Positions 8,772 to 19,772 of a stretch of 64,000 nucleotides of DNA are shown here, in pieces (position 1 is the stretch's first letter; every line of letters starts with the position of its first letter). Source of the DNA: an uncultured Chloroflexia bacterium (GTDB taxonomy: Bacteria > Chloroflexota > UBA6077 > JACCZL01); contig CAVXYC010000015.1 in assembly GCA_963765765.1 (NCBI GenBank), forward strand, positions 416,001-480,000. The letters run 5' to 3'. Position numbers and translations under genes: made by a program. Under the pieces are notes generated by a model, which saw nothing but the letters and a program-made list of their open reading frames with translations, did not search any database and was not told the DNA's origin.

Positions 8772-10892
8772 ATGCAGGGTGTAACCACCGCGCGCCTGCC
8801 AGACGCAGGGACTGTCGACGTCTCGGCACTTCGCCCGCGAGTAGGAGTAGGGCGGTTTATCGTCATCTTCGGACTGGCGGTTGTTCTTTTCGCACTGGCC
8901 TACATTCCGAGGACCATGATTCTCGGTGCATACCTGACGACCGATGAAGGTAACTGGATGGGCCGCACCGCGCTCTTCACCCAGGGCCTCTTGAATGGCG
9001 ATCCGTACGGTACATACCAGAGCGGACACCCCGGCGTGACTACCATGTGGACCGCGCTCGCGGGTATGGGCGTCGATCACGCGCTCGGCCTGGTTCAGTA
9101 CGTTCGGCCTGATGGTCTCGAGAAGGCGCCGGACTATCTCGATACGTTGAGACAAGCACGAAAATGGTTCCCGGCCGTCACTTCACTTGCCGTGGCGCTG
9201 ATCGGATTACTGGCGTGGCGCCTGGCCGGGCCGGCGATTGGAATCCTCAGTGCGGTGCTGGTGGGTCTCGAGCCGTTTTTTCTTGCCCATTCAGTCGTAG
9301 CCCACCTCGACGGGACGCTCACCTCGTACATGACGGTGAGCGCGCTGTGCGCGGTGATCTACTTCTGGGCTGGCGGCGGACGCGGTTACCTGGTGGGCTG
9401 TGCCGTTGCTACGGCGTTCGCATTTCTTACAAAAGCGCCGGCATCGTTCCTCGCGCTGTTCGTGCCGTTTCTGGCCGCGCTGTCGCTGATTCCTGCGCAC
9501 CGGCGCACCGCACCCGCGTTGCGCGGAGTCGTTCTCTCCCTCGCGGCCTGGGGCGTCATGATTGGACTGATTACCATCGTGCTCTGGCCATCATTCCGAG
9601 TGGATCCGATCTGGACGCTGCGGTCGATGATCGACTACACCGAGGCGGTCGGTGGTGGGGAGCACGAGAACTTCTTCCTGGGGCAGCCGGTGTCGGACCC
9701 TGGGCCGCTCTATTACCTGGTCACGATCGGCTTTCGGCTCACGCCCGTTACGGTGATCGGCCTAGCGTTAGTTCCTGTGGGACTCTTCCTCGCCGGGGCG
9801 GATCGGCGCCGCTATCTGCCGTTTGTCGGCTTTCTGTGCGCCTTCATCTTGCTTTTCTGGGCGATGATGGCGCTGCCGCCGAAGAAGTTCGATCGATACA
9901 TGCTGCCGGCATTTCCATCGCTGGAGATGCTCGCGGCGGTGGGCTACTGGCTGGTAGTTCGACGCTTCGCGGGTCGGTTTGTGAGCCCCGCGATCGCCGT
10001 GGCAACAGTCGCGCTTGGTGTTGCTCAATTTCTCCCGGCGGCGCAGGTTCATCCCTATTACCTTGCGTACTACAATCCGCTCTTCGGTGGTGGACCGGCG
10101 GCAGCGAAGGCATTCGTTGTGGGCTGGGGCGAGGGGCTGGACATCGTCGCGAATTACCTCAATAGTCGCCCGGAGGCAGAGCGGCTCACCGTCTCCGGCT
10201 TCTATCCGCGCGTCCTCATGGCGCAGTTCAAGGGTACGGTGCTGCCAGACAAGCAATACGATCCCGCGCAGGCCGACTATCTTGTGCTGTATGTGAACGC
10301 GGTGCAGCGTGACCTGGCCGATCGCCTCCGCACGGAAGCTCGAGGTCGACGATCGGAGCTTCGGGTACAGATCAACGGGATCGAATACGCGCGACTCGTG
10401 CGCGTACCGCCACCCGCTGGACGCAGTCCCGTGGGTACGGAGTTCGATGGGGCTCTTCGTTTAGAGCGTACGTACATGAAGTCTGAAGCTCGACGGTACC
10501 TGAAGTCGGACAATCTCCACGCTGGCGATACGCTCGAATTTACCCTGCGGTGGCGACTCTTGGAGCCGCTGACCACCGATCATCGTCTGACGCTGCAGAT
10601 GATGGATCGCTCAGGTCGTGTGGTGAGCGAGGCCAGCGGTCAAATCGGCACGATTGGTGGTGCGACCAGTACCATCCTTCCAGGCCAGGAGACGCTGGGG
10701 ATGTACAAGCTTGCGATCCCCGATGTAACGGGCGAGCATTCGATTGCGCTCGGCGTGGAAGATGCTGACGGTCACCGCAATGCGATCACGGCCTGGCCAG
10801 AGATGCTGAGCTCCGACGCTCGGCGTCTCGGGGACCGCGTCATCCTCGAGAATATCGACGTTCGTCCCGCCATCGATCCTGACGAAGAATAG
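8772..10892 (+). CDS. GT-C glycosyltransferase, paralogue family A, with C-terminal Ig-like domain
   Basis: Motifs TTDEGNW, GHPGVTTMW, AHLDG, LTK, PKKFDRY, PYYLAYYNPL-GG, GWGEGLD. Confidence 0.85.
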   Translation: MQGVTTARLPDAGTVDVSALRPRVGVGRFIVIFGLAVVLFALAYIPRTMILGAYLTTDEGNWMGRTALFTQGLLNGDPYGTYQSGHPGVTTMWTALAGMGVDHALGLVQYVRPDGLEKAPDYLDTLRQARKWFPAVTSLAVALIGLLAWRLAGPAIGILSAVLVGLEPFFLAHSVVAHLDGTLTSYMTVSALCAVIYFWAGGGRGYLVGCAVATAFAFLTKAPASFLALFVPFLAALSLIPAHRRTAPALRGVVLSLAAWGVMIGLITIVLWPSFRVDPIWTLRSMIDYTEAVGGGEHENFFLGQPVSDPGPLYYLVTIGFRLTPVTVIGLALVPVGLFLAGADRRRYLPFVGFLCAFILLFWAMMALPPKKFDRYMLPAFPSLEMLAAVGYWLVVRRFAGRFVSPAIAVATVALGVAQFLPAAQVHPYYLAYYNPLFGGGPAAAKAFVVGWGEGLDIVANYLNSRPEAERLTVSGFYPRVLMAQFKGTVLPDKQYDPAQADYLVLYVNAVQRDLADRLRTEARGRRSELRVQINGIEYARLVRVPPPAGRSPVGTEFDGALRLERTYMKSEARRYLKSDNLHAGDTLEFTLRWRLLEPLTTDHRLTLQMMDRSGRVVSEASGQIGTIGGATSTILPGQETLGMYKLAIPDVTGEHSIALGVEDADGHRNAITAWPEMLSSDARRLGDRVILENIDVRPAIDPDEE

Positions 10893-10922
10893 CCCCGAGC
10901 CCGGAGATGTTCCGGGGGAACC

Positions 10923-12596
10923 ATGGATCCGCCGTCAGTGCTGGAGATGGCGTTGCCGCGCACGCGAGGAGCCGATCCTATTCAAGCCACAGCCACGATC
11001 ACAGCTAAGCCCGCAGTGAGCCACCGCGCGGCGCTCGTGTTGATGACCGTGCTGGTGTTTGCCATCGCGCTGGTTCCTCGAATGGCCGGCCGTGATACCT
11101 ACGTCACATTAGACGAAGATAACTGGCTCAAACGGACGGCCGGTTTTACATACGCGCTATGGTCAGGGGAGCTGCGACGTACGTACCAGAATGGCCACCC
11201 GGGCGTCACCACGATGTGGGTTGGCATGCTGGGGCTAGGCCAGGAGCAGGCGCTCCAGTTCTCCACACGCATTCGCGGTCAGGGGCTCATTGGCAAGGTC
11301 CCTGGCTTTGAACAGGCGATTGTCGATGCACGCGGCGCTATGGCCGCTGCAACATCCTTGTTGATCGCGGCAATCTCGCTTCTCGTCGCGCGACTCTGGG
11401 GCACTGGAGTGGGCGCAACGGCGGGCTTATTACTAGCCCTGGACCCATTTTCAGTGGCGCTCGGGCAAATCTTGCACGTGGACGGTCTCCTTACCGGTTT
11501 TATGGTGACCTCGGCTCTTTGCCTGATCTGTTTCTGGTGGGAGCGGGGCTCGCGCTGGTTCCTTGTTGCCGCGGGGGTGACGGCTGGGCTAGCCATCCTC
11601 TCCAAAACGCCGGGCGTGTTCATGATTCCATTCGCTGGAGCGGTCGCTGCGCTCGCGTTCCTGACTGGGCGGGCGACGATTGGTCAGACCGTAATGGGCG
11701 TGCTCGCATTCGGCGCCCTATCAGTGGTGACCTACGTTGGGTTCTGGCCGGCACTCTGGCTGGCACCGGTGGAGATGATCGGCCGAGTAGTGGAGTTCCT
11801 GCGCGAAACTGGTGGGCAACCGCATGAGGGCGGTAGCTTCTTCATGCTCCGCAGGGTCGCTGACCCCGGCCCCCTTTTCTACCCGATTGCGCTGACATAC
11901 CGGCTGGGCGTGGGTGTGTCCCTTGGACTCGTGGCCTTCCTGCTCATTGCGCGCTCTTTGAATCGCAAGTCGCTGATTGGGCTGGTGCTGCTCTACATCG
12001 TGGCGTTCGGGCTGATGATGACGATTGGCCCTAAGAAGTTTGATCGATATGTGTTGCCGCTGGTGCCGATGATCGCTATATTGGCGGCGCTGGGCACCTG
12101 GAAGGTAGGAGAATGGCTGGCGGCGCGGCTCAGGCTTGGCGCAGCCCTGGGAGGCACCGTTGCCGCGCTGGTAGTGGTCCTACTCCAGGCCCAGAATTTG
12201 GTTGGCGCCTATCCCTACTATCTGGCCTATTACAACCCGCTCCTTGGAGGGACGACTGGCGCCGCGGAGCGCGTGATGGTGGGCTACGGCGAGGGATTGG
12301 ACCAGGTGGCAGACTGGCTGAATGCTCGGCCGAATGCAACCAGCCTATGGGTCGGCGCTCACTCGTTCGATATTCTTCAGCCGCAGATCGACGGGCAAGG
12401 CGAGTCGCTGCGTGATCGAGTCCCGAGTCAGGCCGACTACATCGTGCTCTACCGTTTTCAGCTCCAGGTAGGCCAGAGCCCCAGAGTGATCGACCAATAC
12501 CTCGGACGTCGTGAGCCAGAGCTGGTTGTGCGACTCAATGGGTTGGACTACGCGTACGTGTATCCGGGACCGCACCTTACCGGCGGCGGTCAGTGA
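10923..12596 (+). CDS. GT-C glycosyltransferase, paralogue family A
   Basis: Motifs TLDEDNW, TYQNGHPGVTTMW, LHVDG, PKKFDRY, PYYLAYYNPLLGG, GYGEGLD. Confidence 0.85.
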   Translation: MDPPSVLEMALPRTRGADPIQATATITAKPAVSHRAALVLMTVLVFAIALVPRMAGRDTYVTLDEDNWLKRTAGFTYALWSGELRRTYQNGHPGVTTMWVGMLGLGQEQALQFSTRIRGQGLIGKVPGFEQAIVDARGAMAAATSLLIAAISLLVARLWGTGVGATAGLLLALDPFSVALGQILHVDGLLTGFMVTSALCLICFWWERGSRWFLVAAGVTAGLAILSKTPGVFMIPFAGAVAALAFLTGRATIGQTVMGVLAFGALSVVTYVGFWPALWLAPVEMIGRVVEFLRETGGQPHEGGSFFMLRRVADPGPLFYPIALTYRLGVGVSLGLVAFLLIARSLNRKSLIGLVLLYIVAFGLMMTIGPKKFDRYVLPLVPMIAILAALGTWKVGEWLAARLRLGAALGGTVAALVVVLLQAQNLVGAYPYYLAYYNPLLGGTTGAAERVMVGYGEGLDQVADWLNARPNATSLWVGAHSFDILQPQIDGQGESLRDRVPSQADYIVLYRFQLQVGQSPRVIDQYLGRREPELVVRLNGLDYAYVYPGPHLTGGGQ

Positions 12597-14200
12597 CCAC
12601 GCTTGCGCACGAGCCATCGATTCCCACGATGATCGTTCGCACTCGGACGCTGGTCATCGTCTTCATGGCGGTGTTCGTGCTTGCAGCGACACCCCGCCTG
12701 CTTGCGCGTGACCAGTTCATCACCTCCGACGAAGACCAGTGGATGTCTCGTAGCGGCGGTTTCGCGTACGCGCTGACAACGGGCGAGCTGCGCAGGACAT
12801 ACCAAAATGGGCATCCGGGCGTCACGACGATGTGGCTGGGCGTCTTGAGCATGAGCCCGGAACGAGCTTTTCAACTCGCTGACCGCGTCCACCGCCAACG
12901 GCTGGTGGCAGTAGTGCCCGGATTCTGGGATGCGCTGATCCAGGCGCGAGTGGGACCGGCGATCGTCACTGCACTTACCGTGGCAACCGTCGGACTGCTT
13001 GCAAGCCGAATTTGGGGTGGCGCTGTCGGATTTCTCGCCGGCGCACTGATCGCGTTGGATCCTTGGGCCATCGGGCTCCAGCAGCTCTTGCACACCGATG
13101 GTCTTCTGACGGGGTTCATGTGCGTCTCGGCACTGAGCTCGCTGGTGTTCTGGTGGCTGGGCGGCGGTCGACGATATGTGCTTCTGGGTGGAATCGCAGC
13201 CGGATTGGCGCTGCTCTCAAAGACGCCAGCACTCTTTCTGGGGCCATTCACGCTCGCTGTGGCTATGATCGCCTGGCGCAGCGGGCGAACGACGGGGCGT
13301 GAAGCTCTTGCGAGCCTTGCGCTGTTCGGGGCGTGCGCCGTTGTGACGTTCGTTGCTCTCTGGCCGGCAATCTGGCTGGCACCCGTTGAGATGCTCGGGC
13401 GAATGCTCGAATTTCTGCGGGACACCGGTGGGGAGGCGGACGAAGTCGGCTCGTTCTTCTTGGGACAAGCGCTGGGTGATCCCGGGCCTTTGTACTACCC
13501 GGTGGCGCTGGCTTTCCGACTGAGTCCCGGCATTCTGCTCGGTTTAATTGGCTTGATTGTTGGTTGGCGAACGGCCCGCGAGCGAAGTGCGTTGTACCTC
13601 GTGCTGCTGTTCATAATCGGGTTTGCGCTCATGATGATCGTAAGCCCGAAGAAGTTCGATAGATATCTACTGCCGATCGAGCCCATGCTCGCAATCCTGG
13701 CGGCGGCGGGGGCGGTCGGAGCAGCCCAAGTGCTGTTGAGGCGATCTGCCGACATGGGGGCGGTGATTGGGCTGGTAGCGCTCCAGTTGATCGCCATCGT
13801 CTCCGTCTTTCCATACTATCTTGCGTACTACAACCCACTGCTGGGCGGCGGGACTGCGGCTGCGCGCACGGTGATGGTTGGAAACGGCGAAGGCCTTGAC
13901 CGGGCCGCTGACTGGCTTAACGCACAGCCGAACGCAGCGAACCTCTGGGTGGCTGGGCATTCGTTCGACATCATGCAGGGGATGTACGTTGGCTCAGGCG
14001 AGCCACTGCGCGACCGAGCGCCGAGTCAGGCGGACTACATTCTTGTCTACGGACGTCGCATCCAGATGCGGCACTGGGGAACCTCACTTGAGGCATATAT
14101 CGCGCAGCGACAGCCCGTCCACACGGTGACGATCAACGGGATCGACTTCGTGCAAATCTACCCCGGACCGAAGCTCGAGGCGTCTCAGCGTGGCTCGTAG
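12593..14200 (+). CDS. GT-C glycosyltransferase, paralogue family A (closest to 10923..12596)
   Basis: Motifs TSDEDQW, GELRRTYQNGHPGVTTMW, LHTDG, PKKFDRY, GNGEGLD; GTGA overlap with the previous gene. Confidence 0.85.
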   Translation: MTTLAHEPSIPTMIVRTRTLVIVFMAVFVLAATPRLLARDQFITSDEDQWMSRSGGFAYALTTGELRRTYQNGHPGVTTMWLGVLSMSPERAFQLADRVHRQRLVAVVPGFWDALIQARVGPAIVTALTVATVGLLASRIWGGAVGFLAGALIALDPWAIGLQQLLHTDGLLTGFMCVSALSSLVFWWLGGGRRYVLLGGIAAGLALLSKTPALFLGPFTLAVAMIAWRSGRTTGREALASLALFGACAVVTFVALWPAIWLAPVEMLGRMLEFLRDTGGEADEVGSFFLGQALGDPGPLYYPVALAFRLSPGILLGLIGLIVGWRTARERSALYLVLLFIIGFALMMIVSPKKFDRYLLPIEPMLAILAAAGAVGAAQVLLRRSADMGAVIGLVALQLIAIVSVFPYYLAYYNPLLGGGTAAARTVMVGNGEGLDRAADWLNAQPNAANLWVAGHSFDIMQGMYVGSGEPLRDRAPSQADYILVYGRRIQMRHWGTSLEAYIAQRQPVHTVTINGIDFVQIYPGPKLEASQRGS

Positions 14201-14206
14201 TCGCCG

Positions 14207-14289
14207 CCTGGGACCATGGGCGTCCCGCCTATTCCGGCCAGATCGCATCGCGCACCGATCGGGGCGGGCGGGACGCCCGCAGCCCCAGG
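14207..14289. repeat. REP-like inverted repeat, family 2 (CCTGGGACC..GGGCGTCCCGCC / GGCGGGACGCCC..CCCAGG)
   Basis: Arms at 14207-14230 and 14266-14289; homologous to the copies at 24301 and 50840. Confidence 0.75.
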
Positions 14290-14296
14290 GGCGGTC

Positions 14297-16190
14297 ATGA
14301 CTGAGATCGCGCAGATCGGTGGGCGGTCGATGAAAATCGCCGCTCTTGCTCTGGCACTTCTCGTCTTTGGCCTGGTGCTCACGATCCGGCTACCAGATTT
14401 AGATAAGTTCGCCACGATTGACGAATCCCGTTGGATTCAGCGCGGGGCCGACTTCTGGACCTTCATGAAGAAGGGCGACAACGCCGGGACCTTCCTCATT
14501 GGCCATCCTGGCGTCACTACGATGTGGCTGGTTGGTCTGGGAATGGGGCAGGACCGGGTGGACGCGATGGCCACAAGACCCGGTCTTGACGACGTGACTC
14601 GTCGAGCTGGCTATCTTGACGCGCTTGTCAGTGCACGGCGAGCGTTTGTCATTCTGGGCGCCATCGTTCTGGCAGTCATCACGATGCTCGTCTGGCGCCT
14701 GATTGGCCCTCAGGCCGGCGCGCTCACGGGAATACTCCTCGCTTTCGATCCGTTTCTGGCGGCGCATGGCCAGGTGGCACACTTGGACGCGACGCTGACC
14801 GGCTTCATGACTGTCGCCGCCTTGAGCGCCATGATATTCGGGCTTCGCGGTGGTGGGATCGGGTTCCTAGCGCTATCAGGCGTCGCCACTGGGATGGCGC
14901 TGTTGACCAAAGCGCCATCCATTTTTCTTCTGCCGGCGATTCCGCTGCTTGCTGGGCTCCCGCGGCTACGGGAAATGCGGACCTTCTCTCCTGAGAAGAT
15001 TCGACCGCTTATCCTGGGACTGGTAGTCTGGGGGGTTGTGGTCCTGGCCGTGGTTGTTGTGCTCTGGCCGGCGTTCCGCGTGGATGCCGTCGGGGTTGTC
15101 CAGAAGCTGATTCAGTTCACATCTCGAGTCGGTGGCGGCGAGCACGACAACTTCTTCATGGGGCGTGCGACCGATGATCCTGGCTTGATGTACTACCCCA
15201 CGATGCTGGTGTTTCGGCTAGGTCTAGGGACGCTTGCCGGAGTGGTGTTACTGGCGGTGATGCAGCGGAAGTCGGAATGGCGCGGTGTGATCGTCGCGTC
15301 CGCGCTATTCGTACTCGGCTTCGTCGTGATGATGAACCTTGGACCCAAGAAGTTCGATAGGTATCTTCTTCCGATCTTGCCCATGCTCGGTATATGGGCG
15401 GCGCTGGGCTGGTGGTCTCTGTCACGCCATGCGCGATTTGGAACAGGTGCTCGCGTTGGGCTAATCGGCGTGGCGATTGGATTGCAGCTTATCCCCACAC
15501 TGCTCGTTCGTCCGTATTACCTCTCGTACTTCAATCCACTGATGGGCGGTGGTGCGGCGGCACAGACACAGGTCCTGGTGGGATGGGGGGAAAGCATCGC
15601 TCCCGTGGCCGCGTATCTCAACGACAAGCCAATCGTCATTGGGGCGCCCACTGTTGCGTCGTCATACCATCGAGTCCTTCAAGCGCACCTCGACGGCAGT
15701 GCTCTGCCGATTGAGCGTATCGGTTTTGCCGACTATCTCGTGCCCTACGTCAATACGCTTCAGCGAGGCCTGGAGAATGACATTCTGGGAGAGTACCTGC
15801 AGTCACAAACGCCCGAGCTTTCTGTCTGGCACAACGGAATCGAGTACGCTCGCGTGTACCGCGGGCCGCACTATCCGGCGACGGTGCCCCTTGGCGCTCA
15901 ACTAGGGGGAGCGACGCTGGTGGAAGCGGTGATTGCCCGGGATCGTTCGTAACGCGGCAGACGGAGAGCATCGATACGCTGCTGCGCTGGCGCGGCGCGG
16001 CAGGCTCAGGACTGGTCACCGTGCGTCTCCTGGGACAGGACGGTCGAGCGATCGTTACTGAGAATCGCCGCATCGGCGAAGAAGGCCAGGGCGGTAATCG
16101 CGGCGGCGCTGACAATCAAGTTGCTGACTTACATACGCTGGTGGTTCCACGCAATGCATCGCCAGGCATATATCGATTGGTGCGTCTATG
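14297..16190 (+). CDS. GT-C glycosyltransferase, paralogue family A; C-terminal Ig-like domain frameshifted near 15937
   Basis: Motifs TIDESRW, GHPGVTTMW, AHLDA, PKKFDRY, PYYLSYFNPL, GWGES. After the apparent stop at 15952 the alternative frame continues ...LLRWRG...LHTLVVPRNASPGIYRL. 3' end approximate. Confidence 0.75.
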
Positions 16191-16268
16191 AAGGCGGAGA
16201 GGCGCAGATCGCCGAGATGCGGGTGGAGTCTTCGCCGGCCGGTAACTTTGGTGGTGGTCTTGCTTTAC

Positions 16269-16379
16269 GCTCACCCCAACCGCTCCCAATGGGAGAGGGA
16301 GTGCGGCTGGGGGCGGTGAACGCTCGGTATCTCCCCGGGTGGCTTCCTCTGCCCAAAGGGAGAGGGAGCTGGGTGAGGG
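16269..16379. repeat. REP/REPIN-like inverted pair, family 1
   Basis: CTCACCCCAACCGCTCCCAATGGGAGAGGGAG and CTTCCTCTGCCCAAAGGGAGAGGGAGCTGGGTGAGGG. Confidence 0.7.
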
Positions 16380-16394
16380 TGGAGCAGACTTCCC

Positions 16395-18030
16395 ATGCCA
16401 GCCCAGGTAGTCTCCACAAATCGGAGCATGCAGGCACCCGCGCATCATCGTCCTCACTCGACGGTATCTTCGTCATAGCCCTCGTTGTCCGCTTCTGGTC
16501 GCTCGATTGGCAGCTTCCGTTCGCCTTACACCCCGACGAAGGTCACTACGTCTGGAAGGCTGAGGAGATGTTTCGCAACAGCGATCTGAATCCTAGGTAT
16601 TTCCGCAATCCGTCGCTGTTCACGTACACGATCCTGGGCGAGCTCAAGCTTGGCGAGCTCTTAGGCGCGCTCCAGCCGCGGGCGGAAGCGGGGGAGGGGC
16701 TTTTTCAAGCGCCGTCCGTTTACATGTACCTTGGACGCGCGACGAGCGCGTTGCTCGGAGCATTCAGCGTCGTGGTGGTGTATGCGCTCGGCCATGCATT
16801 TGCTGGTCCTGCGGTCGGGCTTCTCGGCTCACTGTTCCTGGCACTGAATTTCTTGCACGTTCGAGATTCTCATTACGCAACGAACGACGTTCCGGCCGTC
16901 GCCGTGGCGCTTCTGTCGGTCTGGCTCAGTGTCCGCGCATTCAAGCATCCGACGATTGGGCGGTTCGTATCGGGCGGGCTGGTCGGGGGGCTCGCCACCT
17001 CCGCGAAATACAGTATGGGACTGTGCTTGCTGCCACTCGCCCTGGCATGGCTGCTTACGCGCGATGGTGCGTGGACGATTGCGCCGGCGAGGACTCGGCC
17101 TCGTGATGGCAGGCCTCGCGTCGGCAGTCGGTTATCTCGCGGGGACTCCATACACCTTGCTGACCTGGGACAAATTTCGGACCGATTTCCTAGTGCAGCT
17201 GCGCCTCGGAGGTGAAGGTTGGGAAGGCCAGTCCTTCGCGTCTGTGCCTCAGCTCTACGTCGAGACGCTGATGACCGGGATCGGCTGGCCGCTCGTGGCC
17301 CTGGCGGCGCTTGGAGCTGTCCTGGCGCTCAAACGCGACTGGCGAATCGCCTTAGTGCTGCTCGCTTTCCCCGTCGGCTACGGGCTCTTCATGGCTCGTC
17401 AGCAGCTTTTCTTTGCCCGATTCGCATTGCCGCTTGCGCCGTTTTTCGCGGTGTTCGGCGCGTATGCCATCGTGCAAGCGGCCAAGCTCGTGGGGAACCC
17501 GAGGACTCAGGTCGTGCTCGCGACCGCGCTAGCGGTGATTGCGCTCGGCTTCCTTCAGTGATTTCGGTCGCCGCGCACAACGTTTTGATCAGCCGCCCGG
17601 ACACCCGCGTCGAGGCGTTTGACTGGATGCGGGCAACACTCCCGCCAAAAACCAAAATCGCCATCGAGGATTACACCATCCGAGACCGGCGCCGAGAGCG
17701 TATCTGGATGACGGCCGCTTCTTTGACACGGATCTGATCAATGTCAACGACATCCGTGATCCAGTGAGCGTCCTCCGCGGCTCCTTCGCCTACGTCGTCA
17801 CGTCGAGCTTCAACTCCGATCGCTTCACGTCTGACCTTGATCGTTTTCCGCGGCAGAATGCGTTTTATCAGGCGCTGGATCGCGAGGCGCGGCTCGTTGC
17901 TGAGTTCAAGCCCGGCAAGGGTGACCTTGCTCTGCCATTTGATATCGAGGATCTGTACACGCCGTTCTGGCGGCTGGACCGATACGAGCGGATGGGACCG
18001 ACGGTGCGGATCTATCAAGCAGGCGGATAG
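16395..18030 (+). CDS. ArnT/PMT-like (GT-C) glycosyltransferase broken by about four frameshifts
   Basis: Consecutive fragments give LHPDEG, PRYFRNPSLFTY, HVRDSHYATND, SAKY, FARFALPL, DTRVEA, RMGPTVRIY. Frame changes near 16440, 17070, 17555 and 17695. ATG at 16395 follows GGAG. Confidence 0.72.
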
Positions 18031-18035
18031 TCCCG

Positions 18036-18148
18036 CGCGAAGCGCTCTGCAGTGCGTGCCCGGAGCGCCGCTTTCAGGTCTCTCGGTCTCAATACGGGAT
18101 ATCTGAGACGGAGCGGTGCTCCGGGCACGCACTGCAGAGCGCTTCGCG
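18036..18148. repeat. Long inverted repeat between convergent genes (REP-like; possible bidirectional terminator)
   Basis: CGCGAAGCGCTCTGCAGTGCGTGCCCGGAGC (18036-18066) is the exact reverse complement of 18118-18148. Confidence 0.85.
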
Positions 18149-18155
18149 TCGAGGG

Positions 18156-19512
18156 CTAGTCCAGGTAGCCGAGCTGTTCCAGGCGGCCGCGCATCACGGC
18201 TTCTTCTTCGGCGCTCATGCGCTCTGTTCCCGTTGGAGCGTTCTCGGATGAGAGCCGCTCCAGGTCAGACCGCAGTTTGAAGGCAAGGCCAGGGTTCGAC
18301 CCGGCGAGATTTCGCAGCTCCCCGGGGTCGGCCTGAAGATCGTAAAGCTCGGGATCGACCTCAGGGTTCTCAGGGGCATAGATGTACTTGTGCTGTCCCG
18401 TACGGAGAGACAGAAGACGATTCACTGGGTCGTGCAGCATGGTCTGAAAGTGACTCTGAGACGGCAGGTCTATCGGCGGTGTCATCGCCGTGCATCATTG
18501 GCAAGAGCGACTTCTGGAACCCCGGAGGAGCGGACGTAGCTCCTGCGATATTTAGAAGCGTGGGTGCGATGTCGATGTGGCGTACCTGCTGTGTGACAGT
18601 ACGTCCCTCGGGCACCACTCCGGGCAGGGTGATGATGAGCGGTACACGAATCAAATAATCGTAAAGACAGAGGTTGGCATGCCCGGCAAGCTCTCGGCGC
18701 TCTCCCTCGGACAGCACAACTTTTTTCCCGACCGAGAGAATCTTCTTCTTCATCTGCGGCGGGAGGTTTCGCGTGACACGGTAGCCGAGCGAGATAGCCG
18801 ACTGCACCCATGGACGCGGGTCGTCGATCGCTCCCGCAATCCCCTCACCATGATCCCCGGTAACGACGATCGCGGTATTGTCGAAATCTACCGCGTTGAC
18901 GATGCGGCCAACCTGGTAGTCGGTATAAGCGACGGATCGCTGATAGAGGCTGTCGCCGTACCGCCCGCTGTTGAACCGACCCTTAGTGCGCCTTGGCCAG
19001 TGCAGCTCCCAGACGTGGAGGAACATGAACCACGGCTCTGGCAGCCGCCGCGCGCTCAGGTCACGCAGCACCGTGTCGCCCCATGATGAGTCCATGTAGT
19101 AATACCGCTCGCGGCGCTCATATTGATCGAAGCCGCGACTGATACCGGTCTCGCGGAAGAGCGGTCCGGTGACCCGGCCGATCGTGTTGTAGCCCTGTTC
19201 CTTCAGCAGCTCAGCGAGTGTGGGAATCTCGCCACGTAGTTTGAATCCCAGCAGCGAGCGAATACCGTGCGCGGTGGATGGAACGCCCGTAAGCATCGAA
19301 GCGACGGACGGCGTGGTGGTGGTGGCTCCGGAGATCGTCTGGCTGAACGTTGATCCGCGAGCTTGCAGCTCCTGGAAGTTAGGAATCTGGGGAAAGCGCT
19401 CGCGGTCCGTCAGGACGTCGGCGCGCATACAATCCACCATTAGGAACAGGATGTTCGGCTTGCGGTCCGTTCCGTTTCGATTTACGACCAACCCCGCTCC
19501 TCGCTCAGACAT
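18156..19512 (-). CDS. Sulfatase-like alkaline-phosphatase-superfamily protein (frameshift near 18450)
   Basis: Motifs PNILFLMVDCMRAD, TTTPSVASMLTG, HVWELHWP, TGDHGE, RVPLI, DIAPT; C-terminal fragment ELYDLQADPGELRNL...RLEQLGYLD. Confidence 0.85.
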
Positions 19513-19772
19513 ACGTCTCTGACCTGTTGCATGATGAATCTCATGTCCGTCCGACTAGCGTGCCCTCTACTCAGATATGAGCGCTAGGTTCGGGCTGCTC
19601 CCGGACGAGGGATGTTGCGTCCAATGGCTGCTCTGGAAATGACCGACGCCGACAATGTCGGTTCAGATGGCATGCGGGGCGCGTATCGTATCTCAGCATG
19701 CGGACGAATGCTGGACGATATGAGCCACAGACGCCGAAGCCTAACAGATTCTGGGGCATGACGGGCAAGCTG

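Noticed and set aside
8277-10165. Long alternative ORFs 8277..9155 (-) and 9164..10165 (+)
   Set aside because: Shadow frames of well-supported GT-C genes in GC-rich DNA, with no recognisable motifs.
16121-16394. Fusion of the family A gene with the next GT-C through the 16269 repeat
   Set aside because: The region has several indels and a good RBS plus ATG at 16395, so the continuity cannot be trusted.
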